Below, piece by piece: positions 53,442 to 64,000 of a stretch of DNA of 64,000 nt (within the stretch, counting starts at the first letter, position 1; each line of letters starts with the position of its first letter). The stretch covers positions 1,178,001 to 1,242,000 of the forward strand of contig NW_027271346.1 of the NCBI RefSeq assembly GCF_040938485.1, given 5' to 3'. Source of the stretch: Diadema antillarum. Its lineage: Eukaryota. The notes beneath the pieces are model-generated. The model searched no databases and was not told the DNA's origin. It worked only from the letters and a program-made list of their open reading frames with translations. The position numbers were made by a program, and so were the translations under genes.

Positions 53442-53548
53442 CTTTATCAATCTATCTATCTGCCTATCAATCTATCTTTCTATGCATCTACCTATCAATC
53501 TATCTTTTTATCCATCAATCAAGTTATCTATCTGTTTATCCATCTAAA
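53442..53548. repeat. Degenerate (TATC)n tetranucleotide repeat upstream of an exon acceptor
   Basis: Direct inspection. Confidence 0.85.
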
Positions 53549-53625
53549 CATTAAATAATATAGCCATCATTATATCTATCACACACACATTAACATATAT
53601 TTCCATCCTTAAATCTCACGTACAG

Positions 53626-53781
53626 GACCAGTTGACCCAGAGTGTAAGAGTAAAACTGAAGGACCTAGAGTCACAGCTCCAGCAAGATCCTAACCTGTCT
53701 GAGGAGGAGAAGGTAGCCAAGCTCAAGTCGGAGAAAATCAAGATTGCCCTGGAAAAGTTAAAGAAGGCTAGAGTTCAGAAG
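53626..53781 (+). CDS. RAPH1: MRL exon: coiled coil preceding the RA domain
   Basis: tacag|GAC ... AAG|gtgaga. Encodes DQLTQSVRVKLKDLESQLQQDPNLSEEEKVAKLKSEKIKIALEKLKKARVQK, similar to Lpd/RIAM EEQAAKLKAEKIRVALEKIK. Confidence 0.93.
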
Positions 53782-53818
53782 GTGAGAATATGCTACAGCG
53801 AGAACTACAGATGTTTTA

Positions 53819-55550
53819 AGGAGAAGTCCGGACGATTTTGAATAAATTTCATTCACCATAATCTACATAAATCAAGGACCACAATGACTAAGTTTCATTG
53901 AAAAATACCCTCCCAACTCGTCACAATCGATTTTTTAGTACCACTAATTTTGAATCGTAACTGTTCAATTTCTGTACGCCAGCGAGAAAGATCACGTGAC
54001 GGCGTGACGTATTAGCCCCACATTGCCTTTTTGTTTGGAGCATCAGCTGGCTCGGGGAGCCCTGCTTGAGCAATGGCGATACGGGCCGAGCAAGCGGTAG
54101 CGTTCCGCGTGGTTCTGGCCACGCAGCGGATGCATGCGACCTGATCTATTGCTTCACTTCGAAAATGCTGATGTGTGAAGCATTTTGGTGTTCTAATAAA
54201 CTGGGCGATGGCCAGAAGAAGAGTTTTTTGCCATTCTGAACCCAGAAAATGAGCGGGAAAGGTGTGCAAAATGGCTCTCCAATATATTAATTGACAAGTT
54301 TGTCGTCAAAACTTACAAATACTACTCGATGCAGCCTTGTCATACTCCCCATCATGATCGGTGGCGTAACTGCAACCAGCAGCCCCGTACGCAAAGCGTA
54401 ATGGGGCTGCGCACTGTAGCATTGAGGATCATGATAAGGTTGTATCGCGGATGAATATCAAATTGAAATTGAAAAATTTCTTTAATTTGAAGGCTTACCA
54501 GTGAAGTTTAAGTATTGACAACAGGCTTCGGGCAACGTTTGGTTCTGCCGATAGTCCCTTTCTGTTCGAATTAATGACTTCATGTGACTCGGTTGAGAGG
54601 AACCTGGGAGATCTACACTGAATTGACGGCCAGCGCACGCATAACTGGAGATGCGTGCACAGAGATGTCTCTTTGTGTGTGCGCCTGTGCTGGCCGTCAA
54701 TAATTCAGTGTAGCTCTCCAAGTCCCATTACGCTATGTGTATGGGGCTGCTGGTCGCAGTTACCGGCGGCGGCGGTACTATGATGAAGCTGGCGCTGGCG
54801 TTTCTTCCGCGGTTCAAGTTATACTGTCGTAATTTACCACCGTCAGACATACTCAACAGTCTCGGACATCAAGAGAGGCAATAATTCTGAAATTGACAGA
54901 CTGATTTGAGATTTTTTACACTCAGAAGTAAAAAAAAAACTATCGCGGAGTGTGATAGCATCTGGCAGCAGCAGACGGTATGTAAATGTATGCCTGATCA
55001 CTCTGATGACAACAATAGCCATTGAATTTGTGATGGGGTGGACACTAATAAGTATGGCAGTATTACAATACATATAATATTTCAATAAAATGAAAATGTT
55101 ATAACATTGCAACTATTTTACATTAATCTTTGAGGGATTTTATATAGCTATATACCGAAGATCATTTGAATAAAGAAATACAGCATTTGGCAACAGCACT
55201 CCTAAAACAGTGTACGAACTCCTGCGGTAGCGCCAACTAGGCAGACCTCGGCAGGCATGCTGATACCGCGCCGCAGTCAGCAGTGCAATGAGGGATCGAT
55301 GCGTAGCTGGGCTGCGCTCGCGGTGCTCTGCTGAGGAAAGTGAGTCTGTGACGTCACGCGCAATGCATACTGGGACAGATAGTATGAAGGGCTGCTCGCG
55401 ACGGATTCGAACATGAACAATTACCTTATTTTTAAAAAAAAATCATAGTAAATGTATCTGATGGTCTTTTCTCGTCAGGAAAAGGGTAATAGGTTCATGA
55501 AATATTGTTCTGCACATGGGAAATGGCTTATAATCATCTGGACTTCCCCT
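53819..55550 (+). mobile_element. Non-autonomous Kolobok-like DNA transposon, family K1 copy 2 (~1730 bp), intronic
   Basis: Termini (A)GGAGAAGTCCGGACGATT and AATCATCTGGACTTCCCCT followed by TTAA (55551-55554). Long colinear similarity to 1855-3172. Frameshifted THAP remnant at 54165-54343. Confidence 0.85.
54165..54343 (+). pseudogene. Frameshifted THAP-domain N-terminal remnant (transposase relic) inside K1 copy 2
   Basis: MLMCEAFWCSNKLGDGQKKSF. With one base restored in the T run it continues FAILNPENERERCAKWLSNILIDKF, matching the THAP pattern C-x4-C...SFF.xP...R..W. Confidence 0.6.
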
Positions 55551-56089
55551 TTAATCCACTGACTGCTGATTCTTCATATGATTGTATTTGTAAACTAATT
55601 AGGATAGTTACTGTGAGTGGTATTTAGACAAGAAAGGGTTAAATGTGTGGCTTGTAATGGCTTTTGGAATGTTTTTGCATATTTGTTTGATTTCACCACC
55701 AGATGGCTAATCCTGAGATGTGCAGAAACACAAGGAAGATTTCTTTCATGTGTCATTGGCTTGTCACTTTTCACAAGTTATCATTGTTTAGTTGCCTTGC
55801 AATGTAGTATTCCTCAAACAAAAGAAGAAAAAAATGATCAGACATCAGTTCTTGCCTTTGCCTGCAAAGGAGCTATGAGGTGCAGTAGGTAAGCACAGCC
55901 ACATCACATCTATTTATGCCTGTACCAGTACAACTAGGCAAAGCTGTAGCAAATGACATGTATTTTCAATCAGAAAACAGTGTCTAAAACAGTCATCATC
56001 ATTACAGGGATAATCTCTCAGTCACACCCTAGAACTGTATGTGACATGCCATAAATCTATCCCTCCCCCTTCCCCATTCCCCATCACAG

Positions 56090-56249
56090 CTAATTGTCAG
56101 AGTGTACATGGAAGATGGAAGCTCGAAGACGATGTTCGTGGATGAGACGATGCGGGCACGTCAGGTTTGTCACATGCTGGTTGAGAAGAACCACCTGGAT
56201 GAGAGACCTGACTGGGCCATCATTGAACAGATCCCTGAGTTGTTCATGG
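56090..56249 (+). CDS. RAPH1: MRL exon: RA domain, N-terminal part
   Basis: cacag|CTA ... ATG G|gtgagg. Encodes LIVRVYMEDGSSKTMFVDETMRARQVCHMLVEKNHLDERPDWAIIEQIPELFM. This frame is absent from the ORF track because it has no start codon. Confidence 0.95.
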
Positions 56250-56651
56250 GTGAGGAAGGATGATAGAAACCTCTTCATCATTATCATATCAGATGACAGT
56301 CATGCTTACTGGGTTTAGAAGAGAAGATATATTGCAGAAACAGATCACAATGAATCCTACGCTTCTCTGGCTCTGTTCTCTTTGCAAACTGTGGTATCCA
56401 TCCAAACCAATTTCAAGTGTACCCATTGTGATACATTGCCACTATATGTATCATTTTCTTCCACTGAAACCATGCGCTGCATAGACAGCATGATGCAGAT
56501 TTAAATTAAAAAATTATGGAGCTCAGTCCCACATGTTGAATATTGTGTGTTGCCCAAGGATAGCAAAGGGAGCAAAAGTGAACTCCTGTAAGCACAGACC
56601 TACATCAGAAGTTGTAGAGATAAGTGTCACTGTGTGATTGATAAAGATTAA

Positions 56652-57037
56652 AGGGACTGTACAGTACTGGTAGAGGTGAAGATTCATGTTTTGAATATTC
56701 CTAAGTGAGATAATGAGAAACCTCTTCTGAAATATGAAAGAACATGTAATTTTAAGAAGGATTCAATGTTTATCTGATGAAAATTGGTTTTGAAATGGCC
56801 GAGATATCCAAAAAAAGTGATAATAATAAAAGGCGACAGGCCACGCCTTTTATTAGGATCTCTTTGTTTCACCTTGTTTTTGGATATTTCAGCCATTTCA
56901 AAACCGATTTTCATCTAACAAACTTTTGATACCCCTTAAAATTGCATGCTCTTTGACATCTCATAGAGTGGTTTGTGAATATCTTGTAAAATGTTAGAAG
57001 CTAAATCCTCACCTCGACCAGAACTGTACACCTTTCT
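56652..57037. mobile_element. TTAA-type MITE family K4 copy 1 (intron before exon 57254)
   Basis: TTAA|AGGGACTGTACAGTACTGGTAGAGGTGAAGATT, with right end aatcctcacctcgaccagaactgtacacc as an imperfect inverted match. Internally quasi-palindromic. Confidence 0.75.
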
Positions 57038-57253
57038 TGAAAGGCAGATTACCTGATATGAGAAAGTCAAGCTAGTATCAGCCTTTAAGAAAAATTAAAT
57101 CCCCACTAACAACAAAGTTATTGCTCAATCACTTTCCACCTCCTCTATCCAAACAAAATTGTTTCACATTTCCAATTAAAGGTGATAATTTTGAGAATAT
57201 TTGATATAGCTGTGTTTGTTACTTACCTTGAATCATCTTCATTCCTCACCCAG

Positions 57254-57378
57254 AGAGGGCACTAGAAGACCATGAGCACCTTGTGACAGATGTGATGCTG
57301 AACTGGAAGAGAGAGACTACAAACAGGATTCTATTTAAGGAGAGGAGGGACAAGTATGCTATCTTCAAGAATCCTCAG
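57254..57378 (+). CDS. RAPH1: MRL exon: RA domain, C-terminal part
   Basis: cccag|AG ... CAG|gtgaga. Encodes ERALEDHEHLVTDVMLNWKRETTNRILFKERRDKYAIFKNPQ. Confidence 0.95.
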
Positions 57379-58241
57379 GTGAGAGAGAAATTAATAAAAC
57401 TCCTCTGTAAACACTGTTGCCAGTTTCTCCTTTCATATTTAATGCAAGGTCAATGGTTCCACCCATATTGTTTGTTCCTATACAATGTGGCATAAGTCTT
57501 GTCGAATACTTCACTGTTGTTGCCCTGCCCCCTTTTGTCCTCCTACCCCTCAAAAGAGGACAATTGTAGAGAGGACGTTGCAATCTTTAGGGACCAGTAA
57601 AAAATAAACTGCATTAAAGATTTTTCCTGGTAGAAGTGTTCCTAATAACAAGAGACCACTGTTTATCGCCTTAGCTTCCATTAGAACAGTACATGTACTG
57701 CAGTAAGCACATTATGATAAATGATGTTTAGTGAGTGCCACTTGCAGGTGTTGGTGCTCATTTGCAAATATTATGTGGCTCAAATTGACATATTGCTGAA
57801 CATATTCTGAATGGAATGGCAGCGTAGAGAGTAGGCATGTGATTTAGATCCCAAGTTATATCTACCTGACAGAGAAACCTAAATTTGAAGTGCACTGAAG
57901 ATGCATCAGATCTTCACAGAAAGTTAAAAAAAAAAGAAAAAAAAAGAAAAGGAATGATGAGTATATGCATATGCAGCTATTTGGTGATTGTAGTCTATGT
58001 TTAAAACTGGATGCATATCTCACCTTGAGTAGAACTGTGGTGACTGTGGAGGATATATAAAAGATGACATATTGCCCGTAGTTAATATTATGCTAGAGTT
58101 TGAACATGCCCATGTTTTGTAGTGGCCAATTTTGAAATATCACTTTGAAGCATAACTAAGAACATAGAAACAAAAAAGGAATAAATGGATATGAGATTTA
58201 AAAAAAAAAACACTCATGCTCCCTTCTCCCCTTTCCTACAG

Positions 58242-58457
58242 AATTTTCTCCTGTCCCAGCATGCATCTGAGGTGGCAACGCAGTTTGCTGAGAAGTCCAA
58301 GCAGTCGCTCATTGAAGAATTCTTCAACGCTGGCAACCGCATCCCTGAGATAGAGGGCCCCCTCTACCTCAAACAGGAGGGTAAGAAGTCATGGAAGAAG
58401 CACTACTTTGTGCTGCGTGGGTCTGGCCTCTATTACTGTCCGAAGGGGAAATCAAAG
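58242..58457 (+). CDS. RAPH1: MRL exon: RA-PH linker and PH domain N-terminus
   Basis: tacag|AAT ... AAG|gtaagt. Encodes NFLLSQHASEVATQFAEKSKQSLIEEFFNAGNRIPEIEGPLYLKQEGKKSWKKHYFVLRGSGLYYCPKGKSK. Confidence 0.95.
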
Positions 58458-58822
58458 GTAAGTACAAAATTAACCCTCAGTGTGTATTATGTGCTTACTT
58501 TGAAAAAAGACAAACAAAAAAAAAAGAAAGGAAAAAGAGCTTGTACAAAATCAAGAAAGACGAAGTCAAGAAAGATAAAGAAAACAGAAATTAAATGCAT
58601 TGCTGTTTATGTGATGTTTGTAATAAGTCACAATAGAAGCATGATTTCATTATGAAGCCACCAAAAAAAAAATATAATGTAGAACACAATTATAAAGGCA
58701 CAATATATGTATTTCAGATGTTAAAGATGGACAGAATAAGATAATACCTGATCATAGTGAAAATCATAATAGATCTACTCAGGCCAACAGTTGCAAATCA
58801 GAATTTCCCTCACTCTCTTTAA

Positions 58823-59205
58823 AGGGATGGTACAGTATTGGTGGAGATGAGAATTGGGCTTTTAACTTTTTGTTGGATACCAAGAAAACACTTATGAAAT
58901 AGTACAGAGCATACCATTCTAAGAGGAATTCAAAGTTTATTTGATGAAAATCGGGTTTGGAATGATTGAAACATCCAAAAACAAAGTAAAACAAAGCGAT
59001 CATAAAAAAGTGTGAGTCCCACACTTTAATAGAATTGCTCTGTTTTGGATATCTCAGCCATTTCAAAACCAATTTTTATCAAATAAACATTAAATTCCTC
59101 ATGGAATTACATGCTCTTTCATATTTCATAAAGAGGTTTCTCATTATCTCACCCAAAAATGTTAGAAACCTGAAATTAGGTCTCAACCAAAACTATACAA
59201 TCCCT
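58823..59205. mobile_element. TTAA-type MITE family K4 copy 2 (intron after exon 58457), inverted relative to copy 1
   Basis: TTAA at 58819-58822 and 59206-59209. TIRs AGGGATGGTACAGTATTGGTGGAGA / AGGGATTGTATAGTTTTGGTTGAGA (reverse complement). 59105-59150 is the reverse complement of 56707-56751. Confidence 0.8.
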
Positions 59206-59614
59206 TTAAACATTGAATCATACAGCATGCCTATCTCAAAAATGGATTCATGGCTATGATGTAGCATGCACTTGAAAAAATTGGATCACAATAGGAAGGA
59301 AGGAAGATTGGAATATTAGAAAAAAGGAAAGAAGAATATGTTGCTATACCTCTGAAATTCTGCAAAATCTAGAATCAGTTTGATCTGCCATGAAACAGGC
59401 ATTTAAAGAGCTTAGTGTCATTTCAGAGATGACATTTCTGGAGAATGGAAAGATTGGCTTGAAAATGGCGATCACCACAGAAGCTCTAAGCAAAGATGCA
59501 TGGTAATATTGCTTGTGAATGTCTGGTGATAACCATTCTTGTGTAAATGTCACATTCCTCTGCCCAGTGTTTGTGCCTTCTGATCAGCTTCTTGTGTGTT
59601 CTTCTCCCACACAG

Positions 59615-59725
59615 TCATCCAAAGATATTGTATGTCTTGTACAATTTGAACACGTCTGTGTCTACAACGGTGTGGGCTGGAAAAAGAAGTACAAGGCGCC
59701 AACCGACCACTGCTTTGCGATAAAG
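59615..59725 (+). CDS. RAPH1: MRL exon: PH domain middle
   Basis: cacag|TCA ... AAG|gtgaga. Encodes SSKDIVCLVQFEHVCVYNGVGWKKKYKAPTDHCFAIK. Confidence 0.95.
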
Positions 59726-60185
59726 GTGAGAGATGCTCATGAGGAAATTTGCAGAATTCATTGAGAAAGAAAGTCTTCGCTTTGTCTTGTTCATACATAC
59801 AGGCATACACTGGTTTGCCATTTTCAAGTTAACAAGCAAGCATCATACATTACATATGTTGTTGATTCCTGCTGATAAGGGCATATGACAGTGCATAGAT
59901 GATCTCATTGATTTTGCATATACCTCTTTCTTTTTCTCAGAGTGAAGAAAAGGAATTTGTTAGCAGGCAATTATTGAAGCGGTTACTTTTATATCTTCTA
60001 TATCAAAATAAGCCTATCACTGTAGCCTTAATTTCTTGATACTATCCTTTAACTCTTTGGGTTCAGTCAGCACTAGAATAATGCTGATGGTTGTGAGCTG
60101 ATCTATGTCTACTTTCAATTTCAGGCGTTGCACAATTTGAAAAGAAGTTGATCCAAATTCATACCCAAAAATCCGAACAAAGTCT

Positions 60186-60246
60186 CAATCTCTAATCCTA
60201 AAGCTGCACCCTAATCCTTATCCTAAGCCAATAAATCCTAACCCAC
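60186..60246. repeat. Degenerate CCTAAN hexamer array
   Basis: tctaatcctaaa...ccctaatccttatcctaagcc...atcctaaccc. Probably the interior of an old repeat. Confidence 0.45.
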
Positions 60247-60805
60247 ATCCTGTCAACCCCGAGTGTGTAATTAGGCAAGACAGCATAATCTTAATGCAGT
60301 TTAAAAGACTTGATAGTGTTGTAATACTTGTTCTGCCAAAAGTATCCCTTATGAAGGATTGGATATTCTTACATGAAAAGAAGTTGAAGCAAATTTAATG
60401 AGTTTATTTCATGCAAGATCCAAAGTATGTTAGAAATGAATCACAGAGCTAATTTTTCTTCAAGAAACCAAAGATGTCTCTATTTAAGAAAAATGTACAC
60501 ATTGCAATCAATTATATTTCTCAGACCATGCGCCAGTTGGTACTTATACCTGCCTATGTGAGACCAGCAAATGTGAAACTAATGATATTACAACACGGCT
60601 ACCACTATGTTTATAAAAACAGAAAATTAATGCATTTAAATTCGTGAGGTGTTTCTTTGGATTTGAATTCACAATATTGATGCAGCTAAATTACAAGTGA
60701 ATTAAAAATTTCCATACCACACTGTTGACCAAATATACGCAGTGTAGCTTTTCATAGCTTGAAAAAGAAAGAGTTCTCAATTGCTTTACTTTTCCCTTTC
60801 TCCAG

Positions 60806-60904
60806 CACCCTCAAATCCAGCAGAAGTCCAAGTACATCAAGTACTTGTGTGCAGAAGACTACAGAACTTGCCAGAGATGGATCGCTGGTATCAGATTAGC
60901 AAAG
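60806..60904 (+). CDS. RAPH1: MRL exon: PH domain C-terminal helix
   Basis: tccag|CAC ... AAG|gtgagc. Encodes HPQIQQKSKYIKYLCAEDYRTCQRWIAGIRLAK. Confidence 0.95.
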
Positions 60905-61503
60905 GTGAGCTCTCCGTGCTTCTTCAAATTAGCCTCATTAGTGTCTGTTTTGCTGTTAAAGAAGTACTGCAAGGAACAGATGAGAGAAGGACAGACAAAG
61001 TTCACCTATTGTCATATCTTCTTAAAGTTATTGATCAGGCAAGCCAGTGAAGTGAATCAATCATGTGAACTTTTGAAGCATCCATTTTCACTAGATTTCC
61101 ATATCTTACCAGAAGTAAATGTGATAGTTATGACCAAGATTAGTGAAATCAAGGGTAGATTAGATTTCACCCTGTTGTCTAGTCAGTGGTATTAAAGTAT
61201 GGTGAATATATAGATTCTCATGGGAGATGATCACTGACAGTCTGAGGATATGGCACTCTGAAAATGTCCTTCCACAAAGCTGAACAAATTAATCTAATTA
61301 TAACAGCAACAATTTTCATTTCTAATGGTATTTTTCAAGCATATGTATATATTTCTTGGTGCCATGTTTGTGTTCCTTCGGTAAGGTTTATCTCTTGTCG
61401 AAGTGAGGTTTCATACATGTATATTGTACATCTGATAAGAAAGACTCTACAATGGACATTATCCAATAATAAAGTTTTGTCCCAATCCTCAATTCTTCCA
61501 CAG

Positions 61504-61675
61504 TACAACAACATCTTGCTGGACAACTTCAACGACACGCAGCGTGAGATGACGGAGTATGCCTCCAGTGCAGAGAGCATGTCTCAGTCCAGTAGTCTGA
61601 CTGACACGGCTTCACTCTCCAGCATGCAGTCTAGCTCTAGCTCCCAGAGCTCTGGCAGTCTTCCCACAACACATG
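61504..61675 (+). CDS. RAPH1: MRL exon: post-PH helix and Ser-rich linker
   Basis: cacag|TAC ... CAT G|gtataa (weaker donor, but phase-compatible with the next exon). Encodes YNNILLDNFNDTQREMTEYASSAESMSQSSSLTDTASLSSMQSSSSSQSSGSLPTTH. Confidence 0.85.
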
Positions 61676-62310
61676 GTATAAAACTTTTTCATTTGTTTCA
61701 AAGAAACAGACATAAAGCAATATTGGTTAAAGAAATTAAGATATCAAAGTGCTCTGTCATTTATGCACAGTGTGTCTAGAATCTATTCAAGTTAGTAATT
61801 ATCTTAAATTAGTAATATCTTACTCCTGATAGATATTCATGTTCATCACATCACCATGTTCATCACATACAGTGAAGCTGAAAAGTTGAAAATATTCAGA
61901 ACCATTGCTGGTTATGATGCCAATAACCAGAATGTTCGTGTGTGTTTTCCCTGTTATCTAAATGTCTGTGGTATACAAAAGTTTGCCTTTTTTTCAAATT
62001 CATGAAACTTATTGATTTTGTGTTGCATCTAGTCATAAATTGATGTTGGAACATTTCCCTCAGGAAAGATCTTCATAAAATGTCTAGAGAATAGAGATGT
62101 TTTTTCTCAGCTATAAGAAGGTGAACATAAAATGATGGTGTTAAAGTGACTCCTAGCTCTATCCTGACACAAAGAGTAGGTCTTATGTCAGGGATGGAAG
62201 ACTTAAAAGTAACATAATATATACATTCATTAGGGTAATTCTATTTGGGATTTTTCATTTACATATAACTGAAAGATTTTTTTTTTTGTGGTCATTCTAT
62301 TCTATGTCAG

Positions 62311-62468
62311 GATCTAGTCCCAGCAACAGCATCACGGCCAACATGAATGCTGCGCCGCTGGTCCTGCCCCACATGACGGCTCAGTACCGCAAGAGCAGCA
62401 TGGGAAATATGTTTTCTAATGCCTGGAAGAGAGGCCAAGAGGCAGAGACCCATCATGCCTTGCACAGA
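62311..62468 (+). CDS. RAPH1: MRL exon carrying the conserved FSxAWKRG motif
   Basis: gtcag|GA ... AGA|gtaact. Encodes GSSPSNSITANMNAAPLVLPHMTAQYRKSSMGNMFSNAWKRGQEAETHHALHR, compared with Lamellipodin SSVFSEAWKRG. The 3' boundary is less certain. Confidence 0.83.
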
Positions 62469-64000
62469 GTAACTATGGCAACCAACCTCCTCCTTCTCCT
62501 CAGATATCAATCAGTTATAGGAATGCAAAGAAACTCATACATCATTCAGCAAAATATGCAGTTATGTGATACTAGCGAGTCTGAAATGCTTCTGTGTCAC
62601 TTCTAGAAAAAAAAAAACAACAACAACTAAAGAATAGGAAAGTCCAGATTCTGTTTGAAAATATATGCAGTATTACTTTTTGGACAATCAGCAGAGAAAT
62701 GAGAGAGCTTAATATCAGTCATGTGCAGGAAATACTGCTCTAAGCAAGAGTCCTGTACATTCATGACTGAGTTGTTGAAAAAGGTAGGAAGTTAATTCTT
62801 TTAGGAAACTTATGGCTTATTGAATGATGATATGAATAAGCTGGACAAAAGAAATAAGCTGAAAAAAACAACAACAACAAATAACATAGTGAGCTAAATG
62901 TAAGAACCAACTGTGTAGGGTTTACTCATTGTTAGGCTGGGTGCATTGTATCAATACCTGACCATGTGATTGACTATGCTTTAGTAGATTTAGCATCAGT
63001 TCTTTTGTCTTTTTATTTTGTGCTGCATGCTGGGTGTTGGTTTTGAATCAGTCTGCATGTCATATGAAAATGACTTTGTGATATAGGGAAGTCATACAAC
63101 ATATTGTTAAAAGACATCTGTTTGTGGGCCATAAAATCTTTATTTCAAGCTTTCATTGTTGGACCTTATGAGCATGACTTCATTCTTATTATTGGACATG
63201 TTTAGTTCAACCTCCATTTGCATAAGTGTGACAACTATTATGCAAATTTATGTGAGACTCAGTTCATTGTAAAATGTCCTTGTGCTTTTTCAGTTCAAAG
63301 TTGTGACTGCATCAATGTTCGTACATTGCGCAAGTATTGCTTATTCATGCAAGATATGTATTTTTCTTTTAATTTGTTGTTTTATTCAGTCCAAGTTTCT
63401 TTGATTTTAAAAGTGGTTCTGATGAAATACTGAGAAGTCATATTGGCACTGTTAAATCATAAACAAGTGAGATGTAATCAATCCTTCAGTCCTTTGCAAT
63501 CTTCTAAAGATGTGATACATTATCATAGTGGATGGTAATGATGGATGTGTGGTATTATTGTATACAGGAGGGGTTAGGGATCTGCTCATGAGTGTGTACT
63601 ATGAAACCAATTTCCATGGAGTAATTATTCATGATGTATTTTTTACTCATTTTGGATTATTCAAAATCTGCACAGCAACTTTTTAACCAAGAGCTACCAC
63701 CAAATATGATATGTTTGAAAAAAAAAGAATCAGTTTTGCAGCCATTAGACTTGATATTGTTCAAATACAATTTTTGATACTATGATCAAAACAAAAGAAT
63801 CTGCAGGTATCTCGGACAGCACAACTGATATGGCCTAGTTACAGCAGAACCTCTTTGTAGTAACTTTTGCATATATATATATGTATACATATTTATATGT
63901 AATTTTTTTTTCAACATATGCCTATTCAATGTGATGTTTTTATTTGGCACAGGTCATATGTACATGAATGTAATGTTTGTTCTCCTGCATGCTGTCTTGA

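Larger units (their letters stand above)
48658..62468 (+). other. RAPH1: Partial gene model (9 coding exons, 1820 nt, 5'- and probably 3'-incomplete): MRL-family adaptor, Lamellipodin/RIAM/MIG-10-like (RAPH1/APBB1IP co-orthologue)
   Basis: Exons 48658-49280, 53626-53781, 56090-56249, 57254-57378, 58242-58457, 59615-59725, 60806-60904, 61504-61675 and 62311-62468 all have AG/GT boundaries and join in one open frame (phases 1,0,0,1,0,0,0,0,1,0). The translation matches, from memory, the motif order of human Lamellipodin/RIAM: VDLDALLGDL, AKLKSEKIKIALEKLK, LIVRVYMEDGSSKT, EDHE, YAIFKNPQ, GKKSWKKHYFVLRGSGLYY, KYKAPTDHCF, HPQIQQKSKYIKYLC, AWKRG. The symbol is a best guess; RAPH1 versus APBB1IP needs a phylogeny. 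Confidence 0.93.

Noticed and set aside
1-64000. tRNA genes, tRNA-derived SINEs or rRNA
   Set aside because: No paired A-box/B-box or cloverleaf found by eye. tRNAscan-SE or Infernal would be needed to exclude them formally.

Overview
AT-rich, CpG-depleted animal genomic DNA. The repeat content and abundant long G/C homopolymers suggest an invertebrate deuterostome, probably a sea urchin (inference, not proven). The only protein-coding gene I can support is on the + strand: nine exons (48658-62468) with canonical AG/GT boundaries and mutually compatible phases. They encode about 607 aa of an MRL-family adaptor (MIG-10/RIAM/Lamellipodin; RAPH1/APBB1IP-like): talin-binding-type helix, proline-rich EVH1-ligand region, coiled coil, RA domain, PH domain, Ser-rich linker and the AWKRG motif. 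The start exon is not securely identified, and the C-terminal exons probably lie beyond the window. Positions 1-48 kb hold no recognisable coding gene and look like 5' intron or intergenic DNA packed with non-autonomous DNA transposons: TTAA-flanked Kolobok-like MITEs (one nested in another), TA-flanked CTGT...ACAG MITEs, a piggyBac-like mini-element, palindromic MITEs, microsatellites and possible LINE relics. A ~1 kb foldback element lies in the intron after the first recognised coding exon. The most unusual observation concerns two copies of a Kolobok-like element (1855-3172 and 53819-55550). Both carry a decayed THAP-domain start, and they share an internal segment in opposite orientations; in the longer copy that segment is bounded by ~40-bp inverted repeats. 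I found no tRNA, rRNA or CRISPR array. I cannot establish a new biological system from sequence alone; the findings are ranked leads.
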